Sequence record: SRR22947727_3973
Strand: one strand, 5' to 3'
DNA: 33,849 nucleotides
Of this stretch, positions 26,648-33,849 are shown in pieces. The position numbers were made by a program, and so were the translations under genes. Positions within the stretch are counted from its first letter, which is position 1, and each line of letters begins with the position of its first letter. Under the pieces are notes generated by a model. The model was not told the origin of the DNA. It was given only the letters and a program-made list of their open reading frames with translations, and did not search any database.

Positions 26648-27715
26648 TTAGGTGCCAATGCCAGCCGGATCAAAAGCGGTGGCTTTGACGATGGCGAAAA
26701 TTGTCTGCCCCACTGCCAGCCCCATTTTCTGGGCCGAATATTGCGTCACACGGGCCAAAAACAGCGTCTCGCCAGTTTTGAATTGCACCATCACGCCCGG
26801 ACCCTGACCCGCGTGAAGCTGGGTGATTGTCCCTTCGAACACGTTAAGCGCAGAAAGGCCCTTGGGCTTCTCACGCGCCAAAACAATATCCTGCGCCGGG
26901 ATGCGAATGCGAATGCTGCGGCCTTTCGTTTGGCTTAATTCCGGCAAAATCAACTGGCCGCCGTCAAAGCCCATGACCGCAAGCCCGGTGGTGGGATCGC
27001 GGGCCATAACCTGCCCCGAAATCACCGTGCCAGCCGCTCGCACGCCAAGATAGGGCACCGCGGCCGGATCCGATAGGATCGCCTCAGCCGGTCCAGATAG
27101 GACACTGCGCCCGGCCTGCATCAACACGATATGATCGGCCAATCGCGCCATTTCAGCGGCATCATGGGTGACATAGAGAATGGGAATATCCGTGCGATCG
27201 CGCAGCCGCTCGAGATAGGGCAGGATCCGATGCTTCAACCCTTGATCCAAAGCAGAGAGCGGCTCATCCAAACATAGGCATTTGGGCGCGCTTAGCAAGG
27301 CGCGCCCAAGCGCCACCCGCTGCGCTTCCCCGCCAGACAGGGCAAAAGGCGTCCGCTCCAAAAGATCGCCAAGCTCCAAAAGGGCTATGACCTCATCAAA
27401 GCTCTGCGGCGCCACCTCTCGGCCCATTTTTTGCGCAAATTTCAAATTTCCAAGGACGCTTAAATGTGGCAGCAATCGTGGCTCTTGAAAGAGATACCCA
27501 ACGGCGCGCCTATGGGCCGGCCGCTCAGTCATATCCGAGCCCCCAATCACAATTTGCCCGCGATCCACCGCCTCCAACCCAGCCACCGCCCGCAGCAATG
27601 TCGTCTTGCCGGAGCCCGAGGGGCCAAAAAACACTGTCACCCCCGCGGGAGCTGTGGCCTGGATCTCAAGTGTGAAACGCCCCCGCTTCAAGTGAATATC
27701 GAGATCCAAACTCAT
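26648..27715 (-). CDS. modC: Molybdate ABC transporter ATPase
   Basis: GPSGSGKT, LSGGEAQRV and DEPL motifs; C-terminal Mop domain (SALN...KAT). Confidence 0.93.
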   Translation of the reverse strand: MSLDLDIHLKRGRFTLEIQATAPAGVTVFFGPSGSGKTTLLRAVAGLEAVDRGQIVIGGSDMTERPAHRRAVGYLFQEPRLLPHLSVLGNLKFAQKMGREVAPQSFDEVIALLELGDLLERTPFALSGGEAQRVALGRALLSAPKCLCLDEPLSALDQGLKHRILPYLERLRDRTDIPILYVTHDAAEMARLADHIVLMQAGRSVLSGPAEAILSDPAAVPYLGVRAAGTVISGQVMARDPTTGLAVMGFDGGQLILPELSQTKGRSIRIRIPAQDIVLAREKPKGLSALNVFEGTITQLHAGQGPGVMVQFKTGETLFLARVTQYSAQKMGLAVGQTIFAIVKATAFDPAGIGT

Positions 27716-28398
27716 CGGCGTACCATTTTTCTGGCCAATACTTCCGAAAGCAACAGCGCCCCAAAGGACAAAATCAGCGACAGGGCAATCATCCGCCCCA
27801 CCGCCGCCTCTTGACCCGGCAATTGCAACACAGCGTAAATGGCCGAGGCCAGCGTTTGCGTTTCGCCGGGGATGTTGGAGACGAAGGTAATAGTCGCCCC
27901 GAATTCTCCCAAAGCCTTGGCAAATCCCACCACGGCCCCAGCAACGAGACCCGGCAAAATCAGCGGCAAGGTGACAAAGGCAAAGACCTTGATCGGCGAT
28001 GCGCCCAGCGTGCCGGCGGCCTCTTCAAGCCGCGGGTCCACCGCCTCTAAGGCAAGACGAATGGCCCGCACAATCAGCGGAAAAGCCATGACCGCCGCCG
28101 CCAGCGCGGCCCCGGCCGAGGTGAAAGCCAATTGAATCCCCAGTGCCTCCAGCACAGGGCCAAAGGTGCCTTTACGGCCAAACACAACCAATAAAAGATA
28201 ACCTGTGACAACCGGCGGCAAGACCAAGGGCAAATGCACCAGCGCATTGAGCAGCCCGTGCCCCCAAAACCGGCACCGGGCAAGCGCATAAGCCACAGCC
28301 ACCGCCACAGGCAGGCTGAGCGCCACGGCCACCACAGCCACCCAAAGCGACAGGCGCAGCGCAGCGAGCTCAACCGGGCCGATGGTCAACCAGCTCAT
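27712..28398 (-). CDS. modB: Molybdate ABC transporter permease
   Basis: HLPLVLPPVVTGY, LEEAAGTLG and GEFGAT motifs. Confidence 0.95.
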   Translation of the reverse strand: MSWLTIGPVELAALRLSLWVAVVAVALSLPVAVAVAYALARCRFWGHGLLNALVHLPLVLPPVVTGYLLLVVFGRKGTFGPVLEALGIQLAFTSAGAALAAAVMAFPLIVRAIRLALEAVDPRLEEAAGTLGASPIKVFAFVTLPLILPGLVAGAVVGFAKALGEFGATITFVSNIPGETQTLASAIYAVLQLPGQEAAVGRMIALSLILSFGALLLSEVLARKMVRR

Positions 28399-29138
28399 GG
28401 CGCCAAAAACCCATAGGCTGAGAAGACCGCACGGCCCTTTGGCCCGGCCAGATAGGCCACAACCGCCTCACCGCCTGCGGTCACCGCGGCGGCGAGATAG
28501 CGCACGGGATCATGGGTGTCTGGCGCAATATCGGCCACAACAAAGACGCCCGGCGCGCTGCGGACATCGGAGGCATAGAGCAGGCCCAAAGGGCTTTCTT
28601 GCCGCAAAACAGAGATTAAACTGGCGCGGGCATTGTCCTGTTGCGCCAAATGCGGCCGTAAATCCTGCAATAGCCTCAAGGTCGACAGGGCCTGAGCGGC
28701 GTAAATCCCCAAGGGCACGGAAGAGATCAGCGGCACCGCCAAACGTCCACCATCCAAGCGCGCCATAATATCGTTCAAGTCCAAAGCCACAGCGGCCGGG
28801 TTTGCCGAGGCCAGCACCAAACGGTTTGAGGCGATCACGCGGGCCGGTTGGCTCAAAAGCCCCGCATCGTCAACATAACGCATCCAATCAGAGCTGGCGG
28901 AGACAAAAACATCTGCCGGAGCACCCTGATCGATTTGCCGAGCCAAAACGCTGGAGGCAGCATAGGACAGGCGCAGCACCTGACCGGTTTCCTCTTCGTA
29001 TTGCCGCGCGATAGCATCAAGCGCGGGCTTCATACTGGCGGCGGCAAATACATCAATCGGTTGCGCCGCGCAAACACTCGCTCCAAATACCACAGCGCAG
29101 GCTCCCCCGACCCGCGCAATGCGCCGGATCCGGGCCAT
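28395..29138 (-). CDS. modA: Molybdate-binding periplasmic protein; start uncertain
   Basis: VFAAASM, YAASSVLARQI, GAPADVFVSA, VPLGIYA and YASD motifs; signal peptide-like N-terminus from ATG 29138. Confidence 0.88.
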   Translation of the reverse strand: MARIRRIARVGGACAVVFGASVCAAQPIDVFAAASMKPALDAIARQYEEETGQVLRLSYAASSVLARQIDQGAPADVFVSASSDWMRYVDDAGLLSQPARVIASNRLVLASANPAAVALDLNDIMARLDGGRLAVPLISSVPLGIYAAQALSTLRLLQDLRPHLAQQDNARASLISVLRQESPLGLLYASDVRSAPGVFVVADIAPDTHDPVRYLAAAVTAGGEAVVAYLAGPKGRAVFSAYGFLAP

Positions 29139-29231
29139 AATACCGAAAAGATTTTGCAAGGGGCCGCGCTTTTGTATATTCATCTCGCCTGTGTTATAAA
29201 CACTCAGCAACAATGAAAACAACTGCGCACT

Positions 29232-29693
29232 ATGAGCCCCTCAAAGCCTAAAACTCTGCCACTTTCGATCAACCCCACACAAAAACGCATGGCGCGGGCG
29301 CAATTTGGTGCCCTGTGTTATCGCGTCGAAGAGGGGGCGGTCCAGATATTACTCATCACCTCCCGGCGCACAAAGCGCTGGATTGTACCGAAGGGATGGC
29401 CAGAAGACGGCTTAACCCCTGCCCAAAGCGCCGCCAATGAAGCGCGCGAAGAGGCGGGCGTCACTGGCAAAGTCAAACAGCGCCCCATCGGTGTTTACAG
29501 CTATGAAAAACATGTGGAAAATGCAGATGCCCTCCCCTGCATCGTGACGCTTTATGCGCTCAAAGTGAAAAAGCAAAGCGACAGCTATCCCGAACAAGCC
29601 GAACGCCATCGCCAATGGCTTAGCAGCGAGGAGGCCGCAAGCCTTGTGGCCGAACCGGAACTGGCACGATTGATTAAGGCCTTTGTGCCATAA
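29232..29693 (+). CDS. NUDIX hydrolase (DIPP/Ap6A-like)
   Basis: LLITSR, WIVPKGW and Nudix box AANEAREEAGV; the start could be at MARAQF. Confidence 0.88.
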   Translation: MSPSKPKTLPLSINPTQKRMARAQFGALCYRVEEGAVQILLITSRRTKRWIVPKGWPEDGLTPAQSAANEAREEAGVTGKVKQRPIGVYSYEKHVENADALPCIVTLYALKVKKQSDSYPEQAERHRQWLSSEEAASLVAEPELARLIKAFVP

Positions 29694-29769
29694 AGGTTGG
29701 ACGATCTCGCCTCTTGATTTGAGCGGCGCAATCACTCAAGTAAAGGTTAACCGTTTAGGAGCATCCCCC

Positions 29770-30192
29770 GTGATCCGCTTTTCGCTTAAATGCAGTCAGA
29801 ACCATAGCTTTGACAGCTGGTTTCAATCCTCAGATGCCTATGAAAAATTGGCAAAAGCGGGGATGCTGACCTGTGCGGAATGCGGCGATCGCGCGGTTGA
29901 GAAATCGCTCATGGCCCCGAAAATCTCGACCCAAAGCCCAGCGGAAGACCAGGCCTTGAGCCCGCCGATGACTGAGGCCGAGCGTAATTTGGCCAAGATA
30001 AAGCAAGAAATTGAAGCCAATTCCGATTATGTCGGTATGAATTTCGCCCATGAGGCCCGCGCCATGCATATTGGGGAAAGCCCCGCCCGATCTATCTATG
30101 GAGAGGCCAAGGCCGAGGAGGCCAAAGCGCTCATTGAGGAGGGAATCCCCGTCGCCCCGCTGCCCTTTATGCCCAAGCGGCACACAAATTAG
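29770..30192 (+). CDS. DUF1178 family protein (N-terminal Zn-ribbon-like)
   Basis: GTG start after AGGAG: MIRFSLKCSQNHSFDSWF...CAECG...VEKSLMAP...DYVG...FAHEARAMH...IYGEA...LIEEGI. Confidence 0.85.
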   Translation: MIRFSLKCSQNHSFDSWFQSSDAYEKLAKAGMLTCAECGDRAVEKSLMAPKISTQSPAEDQALSPPMTEAERNLAKIKQEIEANSDYVGMNFAHEARAMHIGESPARSIYGEAKAEEAKALIEEGIPVAPLPFMPKRHTN

Positions 30193-30216
30193 AATGAGAA
30201 ACCGGGCCTGCTGCCC

Positions 30217-30245
30217 TTGCCCTTAGGCGCACAACAGCCTAACAC
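30217..30245 (+). promoter_or_regulatory. Putative sigma70 promoter of lysC-ptsP
   Basis: TTGCCC-N17-TAACAC. Confidence 0.45.
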
Positions 30246-30276
30246 GCCGCCGAAACTTCGCAAAGTTGGATAATAA

Positions 30277-31515
30277 ATGCCTCGTTTGGTAATGAAATTT
30301 GGCGGCACATCAGTGGCCAATCTTGATCGTATTCGCAATGCTGCCGAGCGCGTTCGGTTGGAAGTTGCCAAGGGTTATGATGTCATTGTGATTGTCTCTG
30401 CCATGTCCGGTAAAACCAATGAGTTGGTGGGCTGGGTCAATGAGACCTCGGCGCTCTATGACGCACGCGAATATGATGCTGTGGTCTCCTCTGGTGAGAA
30501 TGTCACTGCCGGCCTCATGGCTCTGACATTGCAAGAAATGGATATCCCTGCGCGCAGCTGGCAAGGTTGGCAAGTGCCCGTGCAGACCACAAGCGCACAT
30601 GCCAATGCCCGCATTGAAGCCATTCCCTCAGCAAATTTAGACGAAAAATTTGCCCAAGGCATGCGCGTGGCTGTGGTTGCCGGGTTCCAGGGCGTCAGCC
30701 CAGAGGGCCGGATCACCACTCTTGGGCGCGGCGGGTCTGACACCACGGCCGTGGCCTTTGCGGCTGCCTTTGATGCAGAGCGCTGTGACATTTATACCGA
30801 TGTCGATGGGGTCTATACCACCGACCCGCGCATATCGAGCAAGGCACGCAAGCTCGACAAGATCGCTTTTGAAGAGATGCTAGAGCTGGCCTCTTTGGGC
30901 GCAAAAGTTCTGCAAACCCGCTCTGTCGAATTGGCCATGCGGTTCAATGTGCGCCTTCGGGTGCTGAGCTCATTCGAAGACCCATCAGATACAGCAGGCA
31001 CATTGGTATGTGCCGAGGAGGAAATCATGGAATCAAATGTCGTAGCCGGCGTTGCCTATAGTCGGGATGAAGCAAAAATGACCCTTATTTCCGTCGCCGA
31101 CCGCCCAGGAATCGCCGCTGCGATTTTTGGCCCGCTGTCAGAGGCCGGGGTGAATGTCGATATGATCGTTCAGAACATCTCCGAAGACGGCCGCACGGAT
31201 ATGACCTTCTCTTGCCCCACCGATCAGGTACTGCGCGCAGAAAAAGCGATGCAAACCGCCAAGGATGAAGGAACCATCAACTATCATGACCTGGTGGCCG
31301 ATGAGGCTGTGGCAAAGGTCTCCGTTGTGGGCATCGGCATGCGCAGCCATGCCGGTGTGGCCGCCCAAATGTTCCGGGCGCTTCACCGTGAGGGGATCAA
31401 CATTAAGGTGATCACAACCTCAGAGATAAAAATTTCTGTCCTCATAGAGCGGAAATATATGGAATTGGCCGTTCAGACCCTGCATGATGCTTTTGAATTG
31501 GAAAAAGCAGCCTAG
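30277..31515 (+). CDS. lysC: Aspartate kinase
   Basis: KFGGTSV, VSAM, TLGRGGSD and TDVDG motifs; two ACT domains (DRPGIAA, TSEIKIS). Confidence 0.97.
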   Translation: MPRLVMKFGGTSVANLDRIRNAAERVRLEVAKGYDVIVIVSAMSGKTNELVGWVNETSALYDAREYDAVVSSGENVTAGLMALTLQEMDIPARSWQGWQVPVQTTSAHANARIEAIPSANLDEKFAQGMRVAVVAGFQGVSPEGRITTLGRGGSDTTAVAFAAAFDAERCDIYTDVDGVYTTDPRISSKARKLDKIAFEEMLELASLGAKVLQTRSVELAMRFNVRLRVLSSFEDPSDTAGTLVCAEEEIMESNVVAGVAYSRDEAKMTLISVADRPGIAAAIFGPLSEAGVNVDMIVQNISEDGRTDMTFSCPTDQVLRAEKAMQTAKDEGTINYHDLVADEAVAKVSVVGIGMRSHAGVAAQMFRALHREGINIKVITTSEIKISVLIERKYMELAVQTLHDAFELEKAA

Positions 31516-31529
31516 GGGCACCGGTGTAG

Positions 31530-33776
31530 ATGGTCCAAACCTCAGAGAGTGAAAGCCGCAAACTTCTTGGCGCTCTGCGCGACGCCATGGCCGAAGACTC
31601 GGCCGGTCAAGCGCGGCTTGATAAGATCGTGCAGCTGACCGCCAGCTCGATGCGCTCACAGGTTTGCTCAATCTACCTCTTTCGCGATCAAGACACATTG
31701 GAGCTTTGCGCCACGGAGGGCTTGAACGCCGCGGCGGTTCACCAGACCCGCATGCGCATCGGCGAAGGGCTGGTGGGCCGTGTGGCGCGCTATAATCAAA
31801 TCATCAATACCGCAGACGCCCCCTCAGCCAAGGGCTTTCGCTTCATGGCGGAAACGGGTGAGGAAATCTATTCTTCCTTTCTTGGCGTTCCCATTCAGCG
31901 CTTGGGCGACTCGCTTGGGGTCTTGGTCGTGCAATCAAAAGAGGCCCGCGAATTTTCCGCCGATGAAATTTACGCGCTGGAAGTTGTGGCTATGGTCTTG
32001 GCAGAGATGACCGAACTGGGCGCCTTTGTCGGCGACGGCGATGCGCTCTCTGCCCGTCACCAAAAACCTGTGATGTTTCACGCCAAAAGCGCGCAGGATG
32101 GTGTGGCCGAAGGTCTGGTCTATCTGCATGAACCGCGGGTCGTTGTCACCAATCCCATTGCCGATGATCCCGAGATTGAAACGCAGCGGCTCGAGGATGC
32201 ACTCGACCGGCTGCGCATTTCCGTCGACCAAATGCTCACCAATGCGCGCAGCGGTGATGCCGAGCAATTGGAAGTCCTCGAAGCCTACCGCCTCTTTGCC
32301 AATTCCAAAGGATGGCGGCGGCGTATGGAAGAAGACATCCAACGGGGCCTCTCGGCAGAGGCCGCTGTCGAAAAAGAACAATCCGCCGCCCGCAGCCGCA
32401 TGGGGCAGTCGAAAGATGCCTATCTGCGCGAGCGCCTGCATGACTTGGACGACCTCTCCAACCGTCTGTTGCGGCTCCTCACTGGGCAGGGCAGCGATAC
32501 GGGCGCTGAGGTGCCGCCCAACCCGATCCTCGTGGCCCGCAATATTGGCCCGGGTGAATTGCTCGACTATGGCCGCAGCCTGCGCGGGATTGTGCTGGAG
32601 GAGGGATCTGTCGGCTCCCATGCGGCCATTGTCGCCAGAGCGCTGGCCATTCCGCTGCTCATTCGCGCCAAGGGCATTGTGACCGAGGCGCTCAACGGCG
32701 ACGCAATCATGATTGATGGCGATCAGGGCTATGTGCACCTGCGCCCGGATGAAGGCGTGCAAAAGGCCATGCGCGATAAAATCGCGATGATGCGCCAACA
32801 GGCGGATCGCTATGTCGAGCTACGCGATAAGCCCGCAAAGGCCAAATGCGGCACTGTCGTACAATTGCTCATGAATGCCGGCCTCATGGCCGATCTGCCC
32901 TCCCTGCCCAGTTCTGGCGCCGAGGGTGTGGGGCTGTTTCGCACAGAATTGCAGTTTTTGGCGCAAAACCAGATGCCAAAACGTGCCGAGTTGGTCTCGC
33001 AATACACGCGGGTGGTTGACGCCGCCGAAGGGCGCAAAGTGGTGTTTCGGACGCTAGATATCGGCTCTGACAAGGTGCTGCCCTATATGGTGCCGCAAGA
33101 TGAGCCAAACCCGGCCATGGGCTGGCGCGCCATCCGGGTGGGGCTGGATAAGCCCGGCATTCTGCGCATGCAGCTGCAAGCGCTGCTGCGGGCCACGGCG
33201 GGGCGCGATCTTTGGGTCATGTTCCCCTTTATCGCACAATTTGATGAATTTCACGGCGCCTTGGCGGAGCTGGACCGGGCCAAGGCCCGTGAGATCAAAC
33301 TGGGCCACGTCCTGCCGAAACAGATTCATGTGGGCGCCATGCTTGAAACCCCCTCTTTGGCCTTTGCACCAGACCAGTTTTTCAAAGAGGTCGATTTTCT
33401 CTCCATCGGCGGCAATGACCTGAAACAATTTTTCTTTGCAGCCGACCGAGAAAATGAGCGGGTACGCCGGCGCTATGACACGCTGAACACCAGCTTTCTG
33501 AACTTTCTGGAGCAGATCGTCACCCGCGCGCGCAGCAGTCAGACCCATCTGTCCTTTTGCGGCGAGGATGCAGGCAGACCGCTGGAGGCGGCTTGTTTTG
33601 CCGCTCTGGGCATTGGCACCCTCTCCATGCGCCCGGCCTCTGTCGCACCGGTCAAACACCTGATCCGGCGGATCAATCTCAAAGAGTTAAAGACCGTCAT
33701 TGATGCGGCCCGCGCAGCGGGCCATCAGTCGGTGCGTGGCCCTGTGACCGAATGGCTGAAGAACGGCGCGCAGTGA
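31530..33776 (+). CDS. ptsP: PTS(Ntr) enzyme I with an N-terminal GAF domain
   Basis: GAF domain (CSIYL, GEGLVG), phospho-His motif GSHAAIVAR, GLFRTE, NPAMGWRAIR and SIGGNDL. Confidence 0.96.
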   Translation: MVQTSESESRKLLGALRDAMAEDSAGQARLDKIVQLTASSMRSQVCSIYLFRDQDTLELCATEGLNAAAVHQTRMRIGEGLVGRVARYNQIINTADAPSAKGFRFMAETGEEIYSSFLGVPIQRLGDSLGVLVVQSKEAREFSADEIYALEVVAMVLAEMTELGAFVGDGDALSARHQKPVMFHAKSAQDGVAEGLVYLHEPRVVVTNPIADDPEIETQRLEDALDRLRISVDQMLTNARSGDAEQLEVLEAYRLFANSKGWRRRMEEDIQRGLSAEAAVEKEQSAARSRMGQSKDAYLRERLHDLDDLSNRLLRLLTGQGSDTGAEVPPNPILVARNIGPGELLDYGRSLRGIVLEEGSVGSHAAIVARALAIPLLIRAKGIVTEALNGDAIMIDGDQGYVHLRPDEGVQKAMRDKIAMMRQQADRYVELRDKPAKAKCGTVVQLLMNAGLMADLPSLPSSGAEGVGLFRTELQFLAQNQMPKRAELVSQYTRVVDAAEGRKVVFRTLDIGSDKVLPYMVPQDEPNPAMGWRAIRVGLDKPGILRMQLQALLRATAGRDLWVMFPFIAQFDEFHGALAELDRAKAREIKLGHVLPKQIHVGAMLETPSLAFAPDQFFKEVDFLSIGGNDLKQFFFAADRENERVRRRYDTLNTSFLNFLEQIVTRARSSQTHLSFCGEDAGRPLEAACFAALGIGTLSMRPASVAPVKHLIRRINLKELKTVIDAARAAGHQSVRGPVTEWLKNGAQ

Positions 33777-33849
33777 CCAAGGCGGCCGCGTCATGCCGCG
33801 AAATCCTATTAAGAAATCTTCAAAAGACCTCTGCACAACCCAACCACCA

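Noticed and set aside
29139-29231. ModE/Mop box upstream of modA
   Set aside because: AT-rich (TGTATATT, GTTATAAAC) but it does not fit the TATAT-N7-TAYAT-type palindrome.
1-33849. Mobile elements, prophage, CRISPR or defence systems
   Set aside because: No transposase, integrase, phage, cas or defence-like ORFs and no regularly spaced repeats.

Overview
Gene-dense, mostly housekeeping segment of a Rhodobacteraceae/Roseobacter-group chromosome; the assignment rests on gene content and order and on alphaproteobacterial promoter signals. The left end holds the most interesting locus: a luciferase-like monooxygenase (partial, absent from the ORF track) and an aldehyde dehydrogenase that resemble the TgnB/TgnC enzymes of pyridinium-betaine (trigonelline/homarine-type) ring cleavage. 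A PotABCD-like ABC importer and a divergent flavin reductase lie next to them. The rest is yebC, an SLC13 permease, a DMT transporter, ymdB, osmC, 5-formylTHF cyclo-ligase, mgtE, guaD, an 8-oxoguanine deaminase, hisN, an XRE regulator with a premature stop and upstream CtrA boxes, a quinone reductase, BI-1/YccA, rpmG, rnpB (RNase P RNA), an amidase, an Excalibur-type lipoprotein, gatCA, tadA, a pseudouridine synthase, modABC, a NUDIX hydrolase, DUF1178, lysC (with a probable internal beta-subunit start) and ptsP. Intergenic regions carry a small REP-like palindrome family and a hairpin cluster upstream of rnpB. No transposase, integrase, CRISPR array, tRNA or rRNA was seen. Family assignments come from motif recognition and recalled sequences; no database search was run.
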